NCBI GenBank assembly: GCA_036172245.1
Contig: JAYWIR010000018.1
Coordinates: 1,922,001 to 1,986,000, forward strand
Direction of reading: 5' to 3'
Length of the DNA: 64,000 nt
From: Raillietiella orientalis
Lineage: Eukaryota
Positions 1-12,500 of the stretch are shown piece by piece; within the stretch, counting starts at the first letter, position 1, and each line of letters starts with the position of its first letter. Below the pieces are notes generated by a model. That model saw nothing but the letters and a program-made list of their open reading frames with translations, was not told the origin of the DNA and ran no database searches. Both the position numbers and the translations under genes were made by a program.

Positions 1-819
1 GCTGCGTTCGCGTTGGAGATCCGTTCGACGAAACCCCGGGGACCTGTTCGCACGTAGCTCGTGCCTTCTGGGTGTTGCGCGGTTCGTTGATGCGCGAGTG
101 CACAGGTGCAGGGCACACGAAGTGTCCGCGAAGCTGGAAGCAAGTGGTGTCCATCGGGGCGCGCCTTCCCGAGGTGGTTCGGTCGAAGGCGGAGCTGCTC
201 ATTTGCAGAGGACGCTGGCAAGCCATCTTGCGTTGCAGGAGGCGAGTCGGCGGGAGAACGCATTTCAAACGCACACCTCGGTTGCCGGGCTGTCGGCGTG
301 CGTGCGTCCGTTTCCGTAGAGACGCAAGTCTGCTCACGAGTGAGCAGCGCTTCCTTCTAGGGATTCGTCCGGAAGCGGACTCTGTGGGCTTCCACTACGT
401 TATGGCGAATTTCCGCGCGAACGTGGGTGAGGGAGAGCAAGGGCCCGGGGGTCACCTCGTGAGCCTTCGCCTTGCCCCGCGGTTCGAATGCCGTGAGTTG
501 ACGGACGGAAGGGCTGGATGTGATGCGCCGACGGAGATCGCGCTCGTTTTCTTCCACTTGCCACGACGTCTAAATTTTGAATCCTGTCTTCCTTTGGCAC
601 TTCGGTTCCGAATTGGCGCCATCGGGAAAGGAGTGCCTCGTTAGCAGAATGCGTGGACATACAGCATCCTGATTCGTGTTTCAGAAAGAGCGCTGCCGTT
701 TTTCGTGGCGTAGCCCGTTGGAAGGAGCTTGCGATATCTTCAATCTGTTTCCGGTGGACAATTGGTCAGAGGAACGTTTTTCACTGTCATGCAGAAAACG
801 TTACTGACTACATACTCAC

Positions 820-2312
820 TTCTCGAACTCTTTCAAGGCATCTTCCAGCAACTTGTTGACCAGAACTATGCGCCAGCCATATCTCCATAACATAGTGAAG
901 AAGTTGACCAATTTCCAAGCGGAAGTTTCGAAGATCTCCTTGTGTCCGTCGTACAGTGAGATCGTTTTCATATCTCGAACAGGAACCGCTTCTGGAAATG
1001 GTCCACAATGTTGTACAGAAAAGCAGAGATCACTGCACCGCAGCGACGCTTCGCGTGTCGGCAATAAGAGTATCGCTAACGCCGTGTATCGAGCGCCGTG
1101 GGCGTTGCGGGAGCGCATCATCCCACGAAAGGATGCACCAACACAGCCCACGGGATCGCGACAGTCGTCAGGGAGGGTGGTGCCGTCTTCGCAAGGCGAG
1201 CGGCGCGCGCCAAGCGCTCCGCACGGCCCCTCTGGCCGCAGCGACCGCTTCCACAAGACGAACTCGGCCTTCGCGCAGACGCCGCAACGCCGGCCGAATC
1301 CGCCCCAACCGCGCCGCTCATCGTGGCGATCGCAGCTTTCGTTTGCGAACCCACGACTTGAGAGTCCGTTCCAGGGAGTTGAAGGAGAAAGGTGGGAAGA
1401 GGAATGACGCTGCCGTCAACGAGCAGCCTGCAAGCTACCTCAGCCGCGGCGGTAACGCGTGCAGCATGGTCACCAAGCGGGCAGTCTTCCTCCTCAGCAT
1501 GCAGCCCACCGTCCATGAGTGTGAGCCCAGCTCTTTCGCGAGCGGAGCACGTGCTCGATGTCTTCGCGCGCCAGCCAGCGCCATTTTCCCGCTTTCCGTT
1601 TCCGCATCTTCTCGAGCGCTGCTGATGCTCCTTCGACTGCGCGGCGGGCGTTTGCAGTACGTCGACGCACGGTGTATCCGGAACTGGGGAACGCGGGGGA
1701 CGGCAGTCCTTGGTCAGGGGTTATGCCCGTCTCGCTGGATTCTTCCTCGCAATGCGAGTATGCGCACCACCAAGTAGGGTGGAGCTCGCTTTCAGCGTGT
1801 GCAGCCGAATGGTCACGCTACCTGGCCGAGGTCGCTCGGAGGTACTCGAATGTGTTGCGGTGCAGTGAGGATCGTGACGGAAACGCTCTTGTCGCCTTGG
1901 CATGCAGGAATGGAATGGAAGTTCGGCTCACCGGACTTCGTGATTTTGGCGAGTTCCACCATGTAGCGATTCTTGGGGTGAATTACTGATCCTCCCATTT
2001 CGAAATTGGATCCGTCGATTTCTGCAGTTGCTAAGCGTCCCCCTACCTCTTGAGCCTCATAGATGTCTATTTTGGCGTCTTCACCGAATTCCTGCCGGGA
2101 ATAATAAGCGGCTGCGCTGCCGCCAATCCCCGCACCTATTATGGCTGTTGTGGGGAGCCGTGGAAATTGTTCAAACTTCCCTGAAACTCGGTTTTACCTA
2201 TTTTAGGGACACGTGTACCCTCTCCTGCGGCATGACCGAAGCCATCCGTTTGTTTGTCGATTGCCAAAACAAGCAGCACAATTGTGGCGGATTGCAGCTT
2301 CATGTGTCGCAT
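820..2312 (-). CDS. PCYOX1: Prenylcysteine oxidase/lyase-like flavoprotein (PCYOX1 family), first three coding exons; the rest lies left of the window
   Basis: Exons 2312(or 2303)-2198, 2144-1932 and 991-820 join in phase through GT-AG introns (2197-2145, 1931-992; next donor at 819). Product: signal-peptide-like [17 protein letters not shown]-binding [17 protein letters not shown], then [31 protein letters not shown] and [28 protein letters not shown], which match PCYOX1 motifs as I recall them. I found no next exon in 1-819. Confidence 0.88.
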
Positions 2313-5300
2313 TCTTCCGGGAGTACTTGGAATGCACTGCTGGAAGACAGAGAAAGGGGTTAAGAGGAGCGGTCCCTGACGCCGTTCTTCGCAGAATGCG
2401 TTCGCGCTTCCCCTGAAGGAAGTCCGCACTGTGGTCGCCAAGCTTTGTGGACGTGAGATTTCTTTGCCAGCAGGTGGAATGACGGCTCGAATTACACATG
2501 GATTATTCGCTTCTTACGGGAGTCGAAGTTCGCGTAAAGTCGGAAAGGAGGAAGCGATCTTCACGAAGGGCGATGTGGGAAACAGATGAACAGCAGTGAG
2601 GAATGCGCGAGCACATGAGGGTATCATCTTATACACTGAGAAATGGATCCTTCAATTGCGAGCAGTCGTTTCAACGTGTCTGTTTGCTATGCTGGAGGTG
2701 GGATTCCCAGGACTCTCTCTTTGAATCATTATTTTTCCCATTAGTGTCGTGTTGGAGGAATATGTGTGGCTGTTATGTCGATCGTTTGTGAAAATTCGAG
2801 GTCTCCGCAACCAGGAATGGAGGTTGCGCTTCGTTGTTTTGTATTGGCGGTCTCGTGACGACGAGATGAAATGGCAACAAGGTTGAAGATGCGTGCGGAG
2901 GAAACTGTTGAAAGCGTGATGTGTCGCGAAATGAGATGTGTGTACGTTTGGCAGCCGTGTGTAAGTTGTGTCAGGTGTCGTTATCTTCTGTTACGGCTTG
3001 AAGGCCCTAATCTGAAGCTCCTCATGCATTGGCCTCAGGATGGACCAGTAGCGTTACTATTTTTACGCCTGCATGTTCCTGGAGATGAGCGGCTGCGTGA
3101 TCGGTCCTCAAACTGTCGTCATCTCTTTCGCTCGGTGGCTTTATTTCTACTCTTTGGTTTGCTGGGTTTACCGGCATCCTAAACGGTCGATTCCGAAATG
3201 CCCCCTGGCAGGAGTTGTATTTGTTTGTGGCTGACCTTTTTGTGCCCAGAACTCTATTGTGGAAGCTGTGGTTTCGAAGAATTTTGATCGAAGGCCGCAT
3301 GTCATTTTGGAAATCTAATTCTTCTTGCATTTGATGCATTTCTCACAGATTCATTTCCGAACGGTTGACTTTTTGAGACGTCATTCGATGAAGGCCAGGT
3401 GTCTCCTGCTTTTATTTTCATAAAGCTTGTATTAACGACTGTTCCAGGCCTTTCATTACCGTCGCATTCTTTCTCAATGGAGAGGGATCTGTCTAGGAGG
3501 AACTTGTTTTCCTTGCGCACAATCATTCATCAGCATCTGGATCTTCACCCCAGAGAGGATTCTTCACCAATACTTTTTGTTGCCTTGTCGTTCCTACTGC
3601 GTATTTCCTTCTCTTTCCAGGAGACCACTTGGGATGCGTTAGCTATATATCGCATTCTTGGGTGTAGTTCATCACGCAGGTCCCGAGTGGGCTTGTTGAA
3701 TGTTCCACCTTTAGAGCGTTTCTGACAATGAGCAGTAGGTTTCTATTTGCTCAGTATGTGAGCACTTCATTGATCCATTCAGGGAAAGCTCATTTCTGCT
3801 GATTTCCCTTGTAGGTTAAGAAGGATGGAATGGAAAAGAATCCCTGTTTTTTCGGGGTGGCAGGAAATCGGGTCAGGCGGAAATAGTGTTTGCTGGTTTG
3901 CTCCTCCATTGCGGTTAAATCGCAGAGAGCAAGCAGGCACTCTCATCGACTTTTCAAGAGGAACCTGGAAGACTTTTGGTGACCCAGGCCTGTGCCTTTT
4001 TTTTTTTTTTCCAGTTTGAGAGACTTCTCAGAAACAGCAACGGCGCTGCTGCAGGACGCGCTGGCAGCTGCATCCGTCGTAACTGGGATGCAACAGCTTC
4101 AGAATTCCATGATCTGAGAAGAGTTTTCTTTCTTTTTCACTTCTCTTGAAGCGCGAAGTGAGCTTGCTTCCTGCTCTTTGGGAAGAGTTTGCAGCTTTTA
4201 TGATCGTCCCCAGCAGATAGTAGTAGGCGGAATGGTGACCAGGTGGTGCTGATTGACAGGACAGGAGCCTCTGGAATGCAGAAAGAGGAAATAGTGTACG
4301 AATGTAGGATGTTTCGGAGGCAACAGTGAAGATTCCTCAATCCTCACTTCGGATGATTGTCTGCTATCACCACTGGCTTCCCTTCGCGCCCCCTTTCTCC
4401 AACTCTTGCAGAGCGCTTCTTTCTCTATTCTCCTTCCGGAATCCACTATGAATTGAGCACATGGTAATGAAAAAACTGTGCACGGGCCTATTGCCACTCT
4501 CTATTATCGCTGTCCAGAATTGGTAATTGGAACAAGATCACCAGTTGCCCTTGCTTTTCTCTTCCTTTATTCATTCGTGGCATTCAGGGCGTTCGTTTAG
4601 CCTGGAAAGGTGGCTCATTCTGCGGTTTCTGTCTGCAGATCCTTCTGACTCCTGTCGGACGCTGTCTTGTACCGCTACCAACAGAGCCATCTCCTGTAGC
4701 CTGCAAACTCGCACCGGACGCCCGATGTCCGTTCCCATAATGTCTCTCTGGCTTCTTTTCTTCCATTGAAAGACCACCGACAAGTTCTAGACCTTCGGTC
4801 TAAGAGGCTTCCGGTTTCCAAACTGCTATGTGGGTCCCGCGGTCATCGGGCTTCTTAGACGGTGATCCAAGATGGCTGCCCAGTGCAAACCATGCCTCCT
4901 CTCGGACGGTGGTACAAGACTCCGGTTATCGTGACAGTTGTGCTATCCCTAAAGCTCATGCCATCTCGAGAAGTTAGTGCTCTCTTCCCATCTTGAAATA
5001 GGAGAAGAAATTGTTTCGAAGATGTCACGTGGCTCGGCATGTCTGTTCCGCAGAGTCTCAACGGAATATTCGAGTAAAGTGGAGTACCATCCTGGCATTT
5101 TTGAAAATTCCAACCTTCCCCTTTCGCTTTCCCAGGTCCAGGTTCGTTTTCCTAGGAGTTCCTCTAGGAATCCGCAGCACCTCCTGGCGGCGTTTGCGCG
5201 AAAAAATTCGCGAAAAAGTCCTTGTTCTGTGAACCCGCAAGGAAGCGGCGCCTTGAACTTTTGCGACCGCGGAACTGCAAGGTCCCTTCGGCAGCACGAA

Positions 5301-8300
5301 ACAACGGCGAGCTCTTCCTAAAGGAGCACTTTCGAAAGGGTGCATTCTGTCCTGCTTGTGAGTTTCTTCCTTAGTCCTGGAGATCACGAGCGAACGATGC
5401 CGTCTCAATAGCTGCTGCTTCGATCTCTTCGCTCCAGATGGAAACCTCCCGGCATCACGGTAGGCTGCACGTCTCGACGGGAATCGGAGCTAAATGCCTT
5501 CTCTTCATCCCGATCGGCATCAATTTGTCTGCCGCCACCATCACCAGTACTGGCTCGAATGCTCGAACGCAGTTCGAGTGCCAGTTCACATCCTAGGCTG
5601 CTTCGGAGAAAACCAACGCGAGTGCCAAAATTTATTGGATTTTCTTAGCAATCTTCTGCTGCTATTACGCGACGGCGATCCGATCAGAAACATGGAAAAT
5701 AGGAGACAAAGAAGCAGACGTTTCTATGGTTCCCGTGTTTCTGCACCCGAACACCGCTCGTAAAGGCTGCGATGGGAACGGACTGTTTGCCGTAGCAAGA
5801 CGAACTGATCTCTTGCGAAGAGAGGATCATGATGTTCAAAGCTGCCTGTCATTTCCCTCGTAGCTGCTACATCCTTCTGTTTATTATGCCGTAAAAGGAA
5901 GCTGGATTTATTCTTTTAGTTGAATGAAAAAGGCAGGGTCTATTCTTCCGGTTAAAAAAACATTTATCTGTTAGAATCCGATCTCACAGAGGAGTGGAAT
6001 CAGTTGAAATTTCGAACGATACCCAATTTTTCTTGCAAGGCACTTTTCCTCCTTAGTAGGTTCTTGATTCCTGGTCATCTTGTAAAGATCTGAAACTTTT
6101 TCAGTTTTTCCCCATAATCTGTATCATCGACGTAATCTGTATTTTTGGGTCATGACAGATTTTTTAGTTTAAATTTCTCTTTCATGTGGTGAAGGGAAGC
6201 TTTTTGGAAACCGCAAGTGCAAATGCCCACAGGACTTGATCTTGTGACCAAGTCCTTGTTGTGCATCATTTCCCCGATGCGTTGCATGAACCGAATTTGA
6301 CAATGTCATGGTTTCCTTTTACATTTTCTCATTAATCCATCGCGAGAATTCATGGTGCCATCGTTTCACTTCAATCGTATTCATGCTGTCTGTCCCTTAC
6401 ATTTCAGCTCCTGATGTCAGTGAGAAAAGAATCCCCCCCCCCCCCTTTTCATTCAGCATGCCTGCTTCCTCCTAGTAACTTTACTTTTGGAACACCCATG
6501 ACGGCAAAAGCACAAAATCTGAAAGTGGACCGGAAATTTTTTCTCAAGGTTCTTCAAAAATTTCGTATTCACATCGATCGATTGCCACAGCTATCGAAGC
6601 CAATCACATTATTCTACTATTCACTATCACTTTTCCTACAAACAGGTATGCAATGCAGTTGGATTGCAATAAATTGGTAGGATGTTGATAATACATCAAA
6701 CTACAAATATCTGCAAAAAAAAACAATAACTACTATTTTTGATCTTAGATCAGAATTTCAAAGGATTCATGTAGATTGCTTGAAGAATAGAAAAGACAGT
6801 CTGGTTTTCAAAACTCGCAAATATACACATTTATACACATCTATAAAGAGAGGACGCACGTACATACGTATGCATTTAGAACCAGTTGCTGGTACAGGAT
6901 TGAAATCTTTGACCATGACGCACTGCAAAGCATTATCTTGAGTTTTCAATTTCAGTTGAGCACAAGACATGATGATTTCATATTCCTTTTCTCTTAGACA
7001 ATTTTCAGGGTGACTTCAGAATTCTTCTATCATGTAGATGAAGAATTACAAAGATTTCGAATTGGTCCATCAAGGGAAATTCTCTTTGGCAGACAAGAAT
7101 ATTCAACATTACACTCTTTGACAGGTTCTTTTTTATTGTTTTTTTGACAATTGTGAAAAAAAGTTGAGGACATGCTTCAAAGATTTTCTTTCGCTAAAAT
7201 TTTCCAAAAAACACTACGCAAGCTATTTTGCAGGATTGCAAACCTTGTACTGAATGCATTGTAATTATGTAATTCTTTACAACAGCAGGAGCTATGCATT
7301 TAAGAAACTACTACTTTCTAACAACAGAAACTCTTTTGGTTTAAAGAAAAATTGTTCAAAGAGATATAGTCAATTTTAGGTGAACAGAGTAATCCTTTTT
7401 GCTTTTGAATGAACTGTTAATAATGCCTTTCCGTTTGATAATATAGGACTAATTTCATTTGTAAACAATGACGATAATCATCAAGACATCACAAGAAACT
7501 CCAGTTTCTTTCGGCACTTCATTAGATGCATGGAAAGCTTTTTTCTTTTTGATGTTGCGTTATAATAAACACATATTTTGAACAGAGTGTAATTATTAAA
7601 AAAAAAAATTGCAGAAATAAGGATCCAGATGATCTCAATAAGGAAATTATCTAGACAGATTTCAAATAAACAATAGATTCCATTCCTTTTATGTCTCTCG
7701 TATTGTGTAACAGTCAATAATTATCAAGTTTCAAGTTATTAATGAGTATATAAGGATCGTATATTCTCACAGAACTAGCTGCCTTGATCTTTTAATGCAA
7801 TCATATTTAGGACTCATGAAAAAGTGTGTTTGCTTTGAAAATAGTCTATTTACTCGTAAGTCATGCAAAGCTGGAGTCAACATACTACAAAATTCTAAAA
7901 AAAATTAGTTTTAATCAAGCCTTCAAATAATTTTCTAATTTTTTGTTAGTGTTTTAAACTTGAAATGTAAGGAATAAAAACTGGTTTCTTGAAAAAGATT
8001 TACTCTTTAGGAAAAAGTAGAATTCTAATAATTTAACTAGTTGGTTTTTTGCGTAAAGCGGAACCCAATACTGGATTTTTGTCCTGTAATTTAGATGCTT
8101 TTTCTGATTTGATATGCAATAAGACTGATTTATAAAAAAGGAGAATATTGATTACTGCTTCCAATATTTTTATCGTTTCCGGATAATATCCAGAACAGAT
8201 TTAGAAAACACATAGCACTTTCTGTGTTTGAAATCTGAATTCATATGCATACATACGTTTTGTCTTGAAATCAAAATAAGATATCTGAAGAACAGGAATT

Positions 8301-9523
8301 CAAATTTGATTTGCTGTTTTGCATGACTAGGCCATCGAATTTTTGAAATGCTACTTCATTTTTTAAGGAATTCTAGTTTTTTAGTACAATTTTGAATTTT
8401 ATTCGGTGGGATTAATTTTTTGGTCACACAAAAGTAAATACAGAAAAATCAGGTGCAAGTCAACATGATTCATTGTAAAACAGATTTTATACTGACAATA
8501 CTGATGCGGTTGTATTTGAATATAGCTTGATTATTGTTTTTGTGGATCAATACGATGGTGAGCATGGCCTAGCAAGTAAGCAAACTATTCAAAAACCTTG
8601 CTTTTCTTATGTGTCAATTATTATTATTTCATCTGGATGTCTGTCTTGTTAATGCTTTATGAAGTTTTTTTTATTTTCTCTATATTTAGATTTATGTACC
8701 CCGGTGACATTTCAGAATTTCCCGCATATTTTGTTATTCCGATTTTTGGGTATTCATTCAATGGATTCATGATTTTTGTTTCGTAGCTGGGAAAGATACT
8801 ACAATAGTGGAGGGAAAGCCCATTAAGTGAATTTCAAGTCCATGATTGAAGCATTTTAACATCGGCAAAGTGTGGTATTATCAAAGTAATTGCTATTTAC
8901 TTTTGTATCATCAGTGGTTGAAAATACCAATGAATGTTGTATTGGAAAGTGTTAATTATTCTTGTTGATGTGTATTTTTCATATTTTTTTTTTGGTGTGG
9001 GGGGGGGAGAATTTTTTGTTCTCCTTTTTTCCCCCCATTACAAAACTGTTTCATATCATTTATGTTGTGGAGGTTTCTGATGCCGGTTATTATAATGAAT
9101 GCATGCACATAAAACCTTGATTTGTTTAATTGACTGATGGACATGTTTTCGAGAGTCGTTGCATTTTTGCAATAGTATAATCATTGTTGGTGAAGACATG
9201 TTGTTATAGCTGCCATGTTATGAACCAGGAAACTATGCTGTATTCGTAGGGATATTGTGGCATTTAAAAATTGAAGAAAGAGTTCCACGATTCATTTATT
9301 TGTTATTTGAATTGGAATTATATACGTATTTCTCACGTTATAATAGAAAAATTTGGCAAAAAATACGATATAAATTGCTGTTTTCTTGAGTTACCAAATT
9401 CCAACTTGTTGCAAATGTAAAAAAAATTTGATGTCTGTAAAGGACAAACTATTACCAAAAATCTACTTTCAAATTCATAATCCTGCAATACAGCTATATT
9501 TTTATTAGGTAGTGCTTGCAGAC

Positions 9524-12500
9524 ATGCAGATCAATACACAGCAACAGTTAAATGAGGATGAAGCAACCAATAATCATGAAATTGGGAAGAAAAGATTGTC
9601 TGTCGAAAGAATCTATCAGAAGAAGACCCAGCTGGAGCATATCTTACTGCGCCCAGACACATATATTGGTAACCAAGAATCAGAAAATATTTGTGAATCA
9701 GTTATATATTACATTTGCTTAATCATTTCCCTATCTGCTCATCATAAAGATACAGTCAGTGAATTAAATTCAGTTGTTTTTGTAATTGCATTGGTCACCA
9801 TACCTTGTTGTTACCATTCTTTGCTTCATATATGTTGGGTTTCGAAATCAATATCACATGAATCGCATAATCTGTATTTTTGTGTGCAAGTAAGCAGGTA
9901 GATAAAGTTTCAACTCTTTTATCACCTTCCATAAGAATGCAAACAAAGTACTGTTCAAATTTATTATAAATCACCGTGTACCTTTAATATTTTGATGAAT
10001 TCAATAGTTTTTTGCAATTAAACTTTCAGTTTAAGCCTCAGTGTTTCTACAAATCTTCATTTTAGAACATTATACATGCATGTTTTTCTCCAGTCTTAAA
10101 AATAGGTAAATTCTCTTAGTTCATTGTTAGACTGATAGGATGATAGCTGCACTTTTCATAGAGGAAAACACTATGTTTGAGAGACTCATGAACTCTTTGA
10201 AAAATGATGTATTCCTTGAAAATTAATCATAATATGTACCCCCCTTAAACATGATTCATTTTGAAGACTTGTAATTTGATTCAACAGTTTTCTCTGCTGA
10301 TTGTAGCTTCACATTGTTAAAATCTCAGTATGAGTAGCATTCTACTTGTCCAAATGGTATGGTAAAGTCATCCATGCAGCAAAATGAGATGAATCAGAAT
10401 TATTGGACATTCCAATCTTAAGTGTGGAAAGTTGAAAGTGATCTGAATTTGGCTATGCTTCAGAATATTTGTATTTGTCCAGTCTGTTATTATCTTTACC
10501 AGATCATTTTATCTTCATAACCACAGAAAGTTAATCATCTAATATCTCACAGGAGTATGAATTTTGTTAAATTGTTTCTTCGTTAATGGTTTTTTATTGT
10601 GCCTTTTTTATAGCTGTTTTTAAATTATTAGTATCTGTCAGAGTGCAACTTGGTTTACTTTTTTTGACGTTGTTTTATTTTCATGGACTTTCTAATGATT
10701 TTAGTCAGAAAGTTATTTCCAATTTTCCTTAAGGTTTTTTTTTTAAACTTTTTCGTTTTATATTCTTTAGTTTTCGTTGTTGGATGAATTGATCCTTGCA
10801 TCCAAAATCCAATAGATTAATATTCAATGAGGGAATCCCCAACTTTTATATGTTACTAATGGACTGAATAAGAATGGAAATTAGAATATGTATAAATTAT
10901 GTGAATTCTAATTTCCACTTCTAATCTAATCAAATATTCTATTGGTTAATTCTCTAACAGTAGAATAGGTCATAGTTTTTGATGTAGCTTTTGTATGACA
11001 GTTGTTGGGTGTTTTAAATGATTCAGAAAGAATTTGAAGAGAATACAAACAATAAACGGAGAACATGGTGAAATTATTTAATATGGAAATTACATATATA
11101 TGATATTTATATCGTACTAATGAAGAATCCCTATAAGTTTGGACTAGTAAGCAAAAAATCGTAAATTGTTAGAGATGAATAAATGTTGCTTCATTTCATA
11201 TACAGCAAAAGGCATGAACTAGATAATCAACAAGGAGGCCTCAATTGAATTTTGATCTCATTTCTTTGTCTTTAAACTTTTATGTCTTTTGCATTTCACA
11301 TATACAATTTCCAAATTATGCTTCTGAATAGTAGTGCATATTATCACATCTTCACAATTCTGTTGCATTCTTTTGCTGGCCAGTTTCTCAATGTTATAAT
11401 TCCTTAGGATATTTGATCAGTGTTTGTATTTATTTCTTAGGGACTACCATTAGTTTGTGATTGTTTTCTGAGTACTTATCATGCATGTGAGTTTTGAAAG
11501 ATACGGTACATTTAGTAAGAGATCTGATATATATGTTTTTCATTGATATTGTCTTCAGCATCGCACAACTGTGTCACGAATGCATTTACCATGTTTCAGG
11601 TATGATATGTTCATTAATAATTCATTTTTTAATGATCTTCAGTGGTTTTAGCTAGGTAGTCCAAATTTGCTTCCTTTTTAAATCTTCATTTCTGGAATTT
11701 CCATGTTAAAAAGAAACTTATTAAAAAAAAATCCTTCCTAATAATTAGAAATTCTGGAATATAAACCCAATAAGGTGTTGTTTTCATCTTGTTAATGTTA
11801 TTGTACTTCGTACACGTACATTTGTCAACTTGGCGTATACAATAATGTTATTCTCTGTGGTTATCGTCATGTAATCATCAGTCCACTCTGATATTGTTTC
11901 ACGAGTCTCTTAAGTGTAAACTTGGTAATAGGAGCTTATTTTTTCTTAGGAGTGCAAATGATTGTTGTAACTAAACGAAATAGACAGTTGTCTTGTCGTA
12001 TTTCGTATATTATTAACTATAGAAATGAGAAAAGGAGCTGATATTTAGTAGGTCTAATTTATTAGTTCTTCGTTTTATCAAAGTGTTTCATGAAGTATGC
12101 CTCATGTGCCATCATATGTTATTCATTAATGTACTTAATATTATCAGGGAGTGTACAACCTGTAACCCAGACAATGTGGGTTTATGATGAAGAAGGAAAA
12201 GGAATGGTGCATCGTGAAATTACCTTTGTACCTGGCTTATACAAAATCTTTGACGAGATTTTGGTTAATGCTGCTGATAATAAGCAACGTGATCCCAAAA
12301 TGGATACAATCAAAGTCAACATTGATATGTTAGCAGGAATCACTTTATTGTGCTTGAATTTAGAAATGCTAATTTTTCAGAGAAAATAATGTAATCAGCA
12401 TTTACAATAATGGGAAAGGTATCCCAGTTACTGAGCACAAAGTTGAGAAGATGTTTGTTCCATCATTGATTTTTGGTCATTTGCTCACATCATCCAATTA

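Noticed and set aside
476..498. GGTTCGAATGCC resembling a tRNA T-loop or B-box (also GGTTCGAATC near 54679)
   Set aside because: No A-box, D-arm, anticodon arm or acceptor stem could be built around either.
853..1777. Long overlapping plus-strand ORFs (184 and 273 aa) as single-exon genes
   Set aside because: They are Arg/Ala/Pro-rich products of GC-rich DNA and partly antisense to a PCYOX1 exon. Only the 1375-1520 block looks exon-like and is reported as a finding.
2600..8500. Many 60-116 aa ORFs on both strands
   Set aside because: No recognisable motif and no phase-consistent exon chain.
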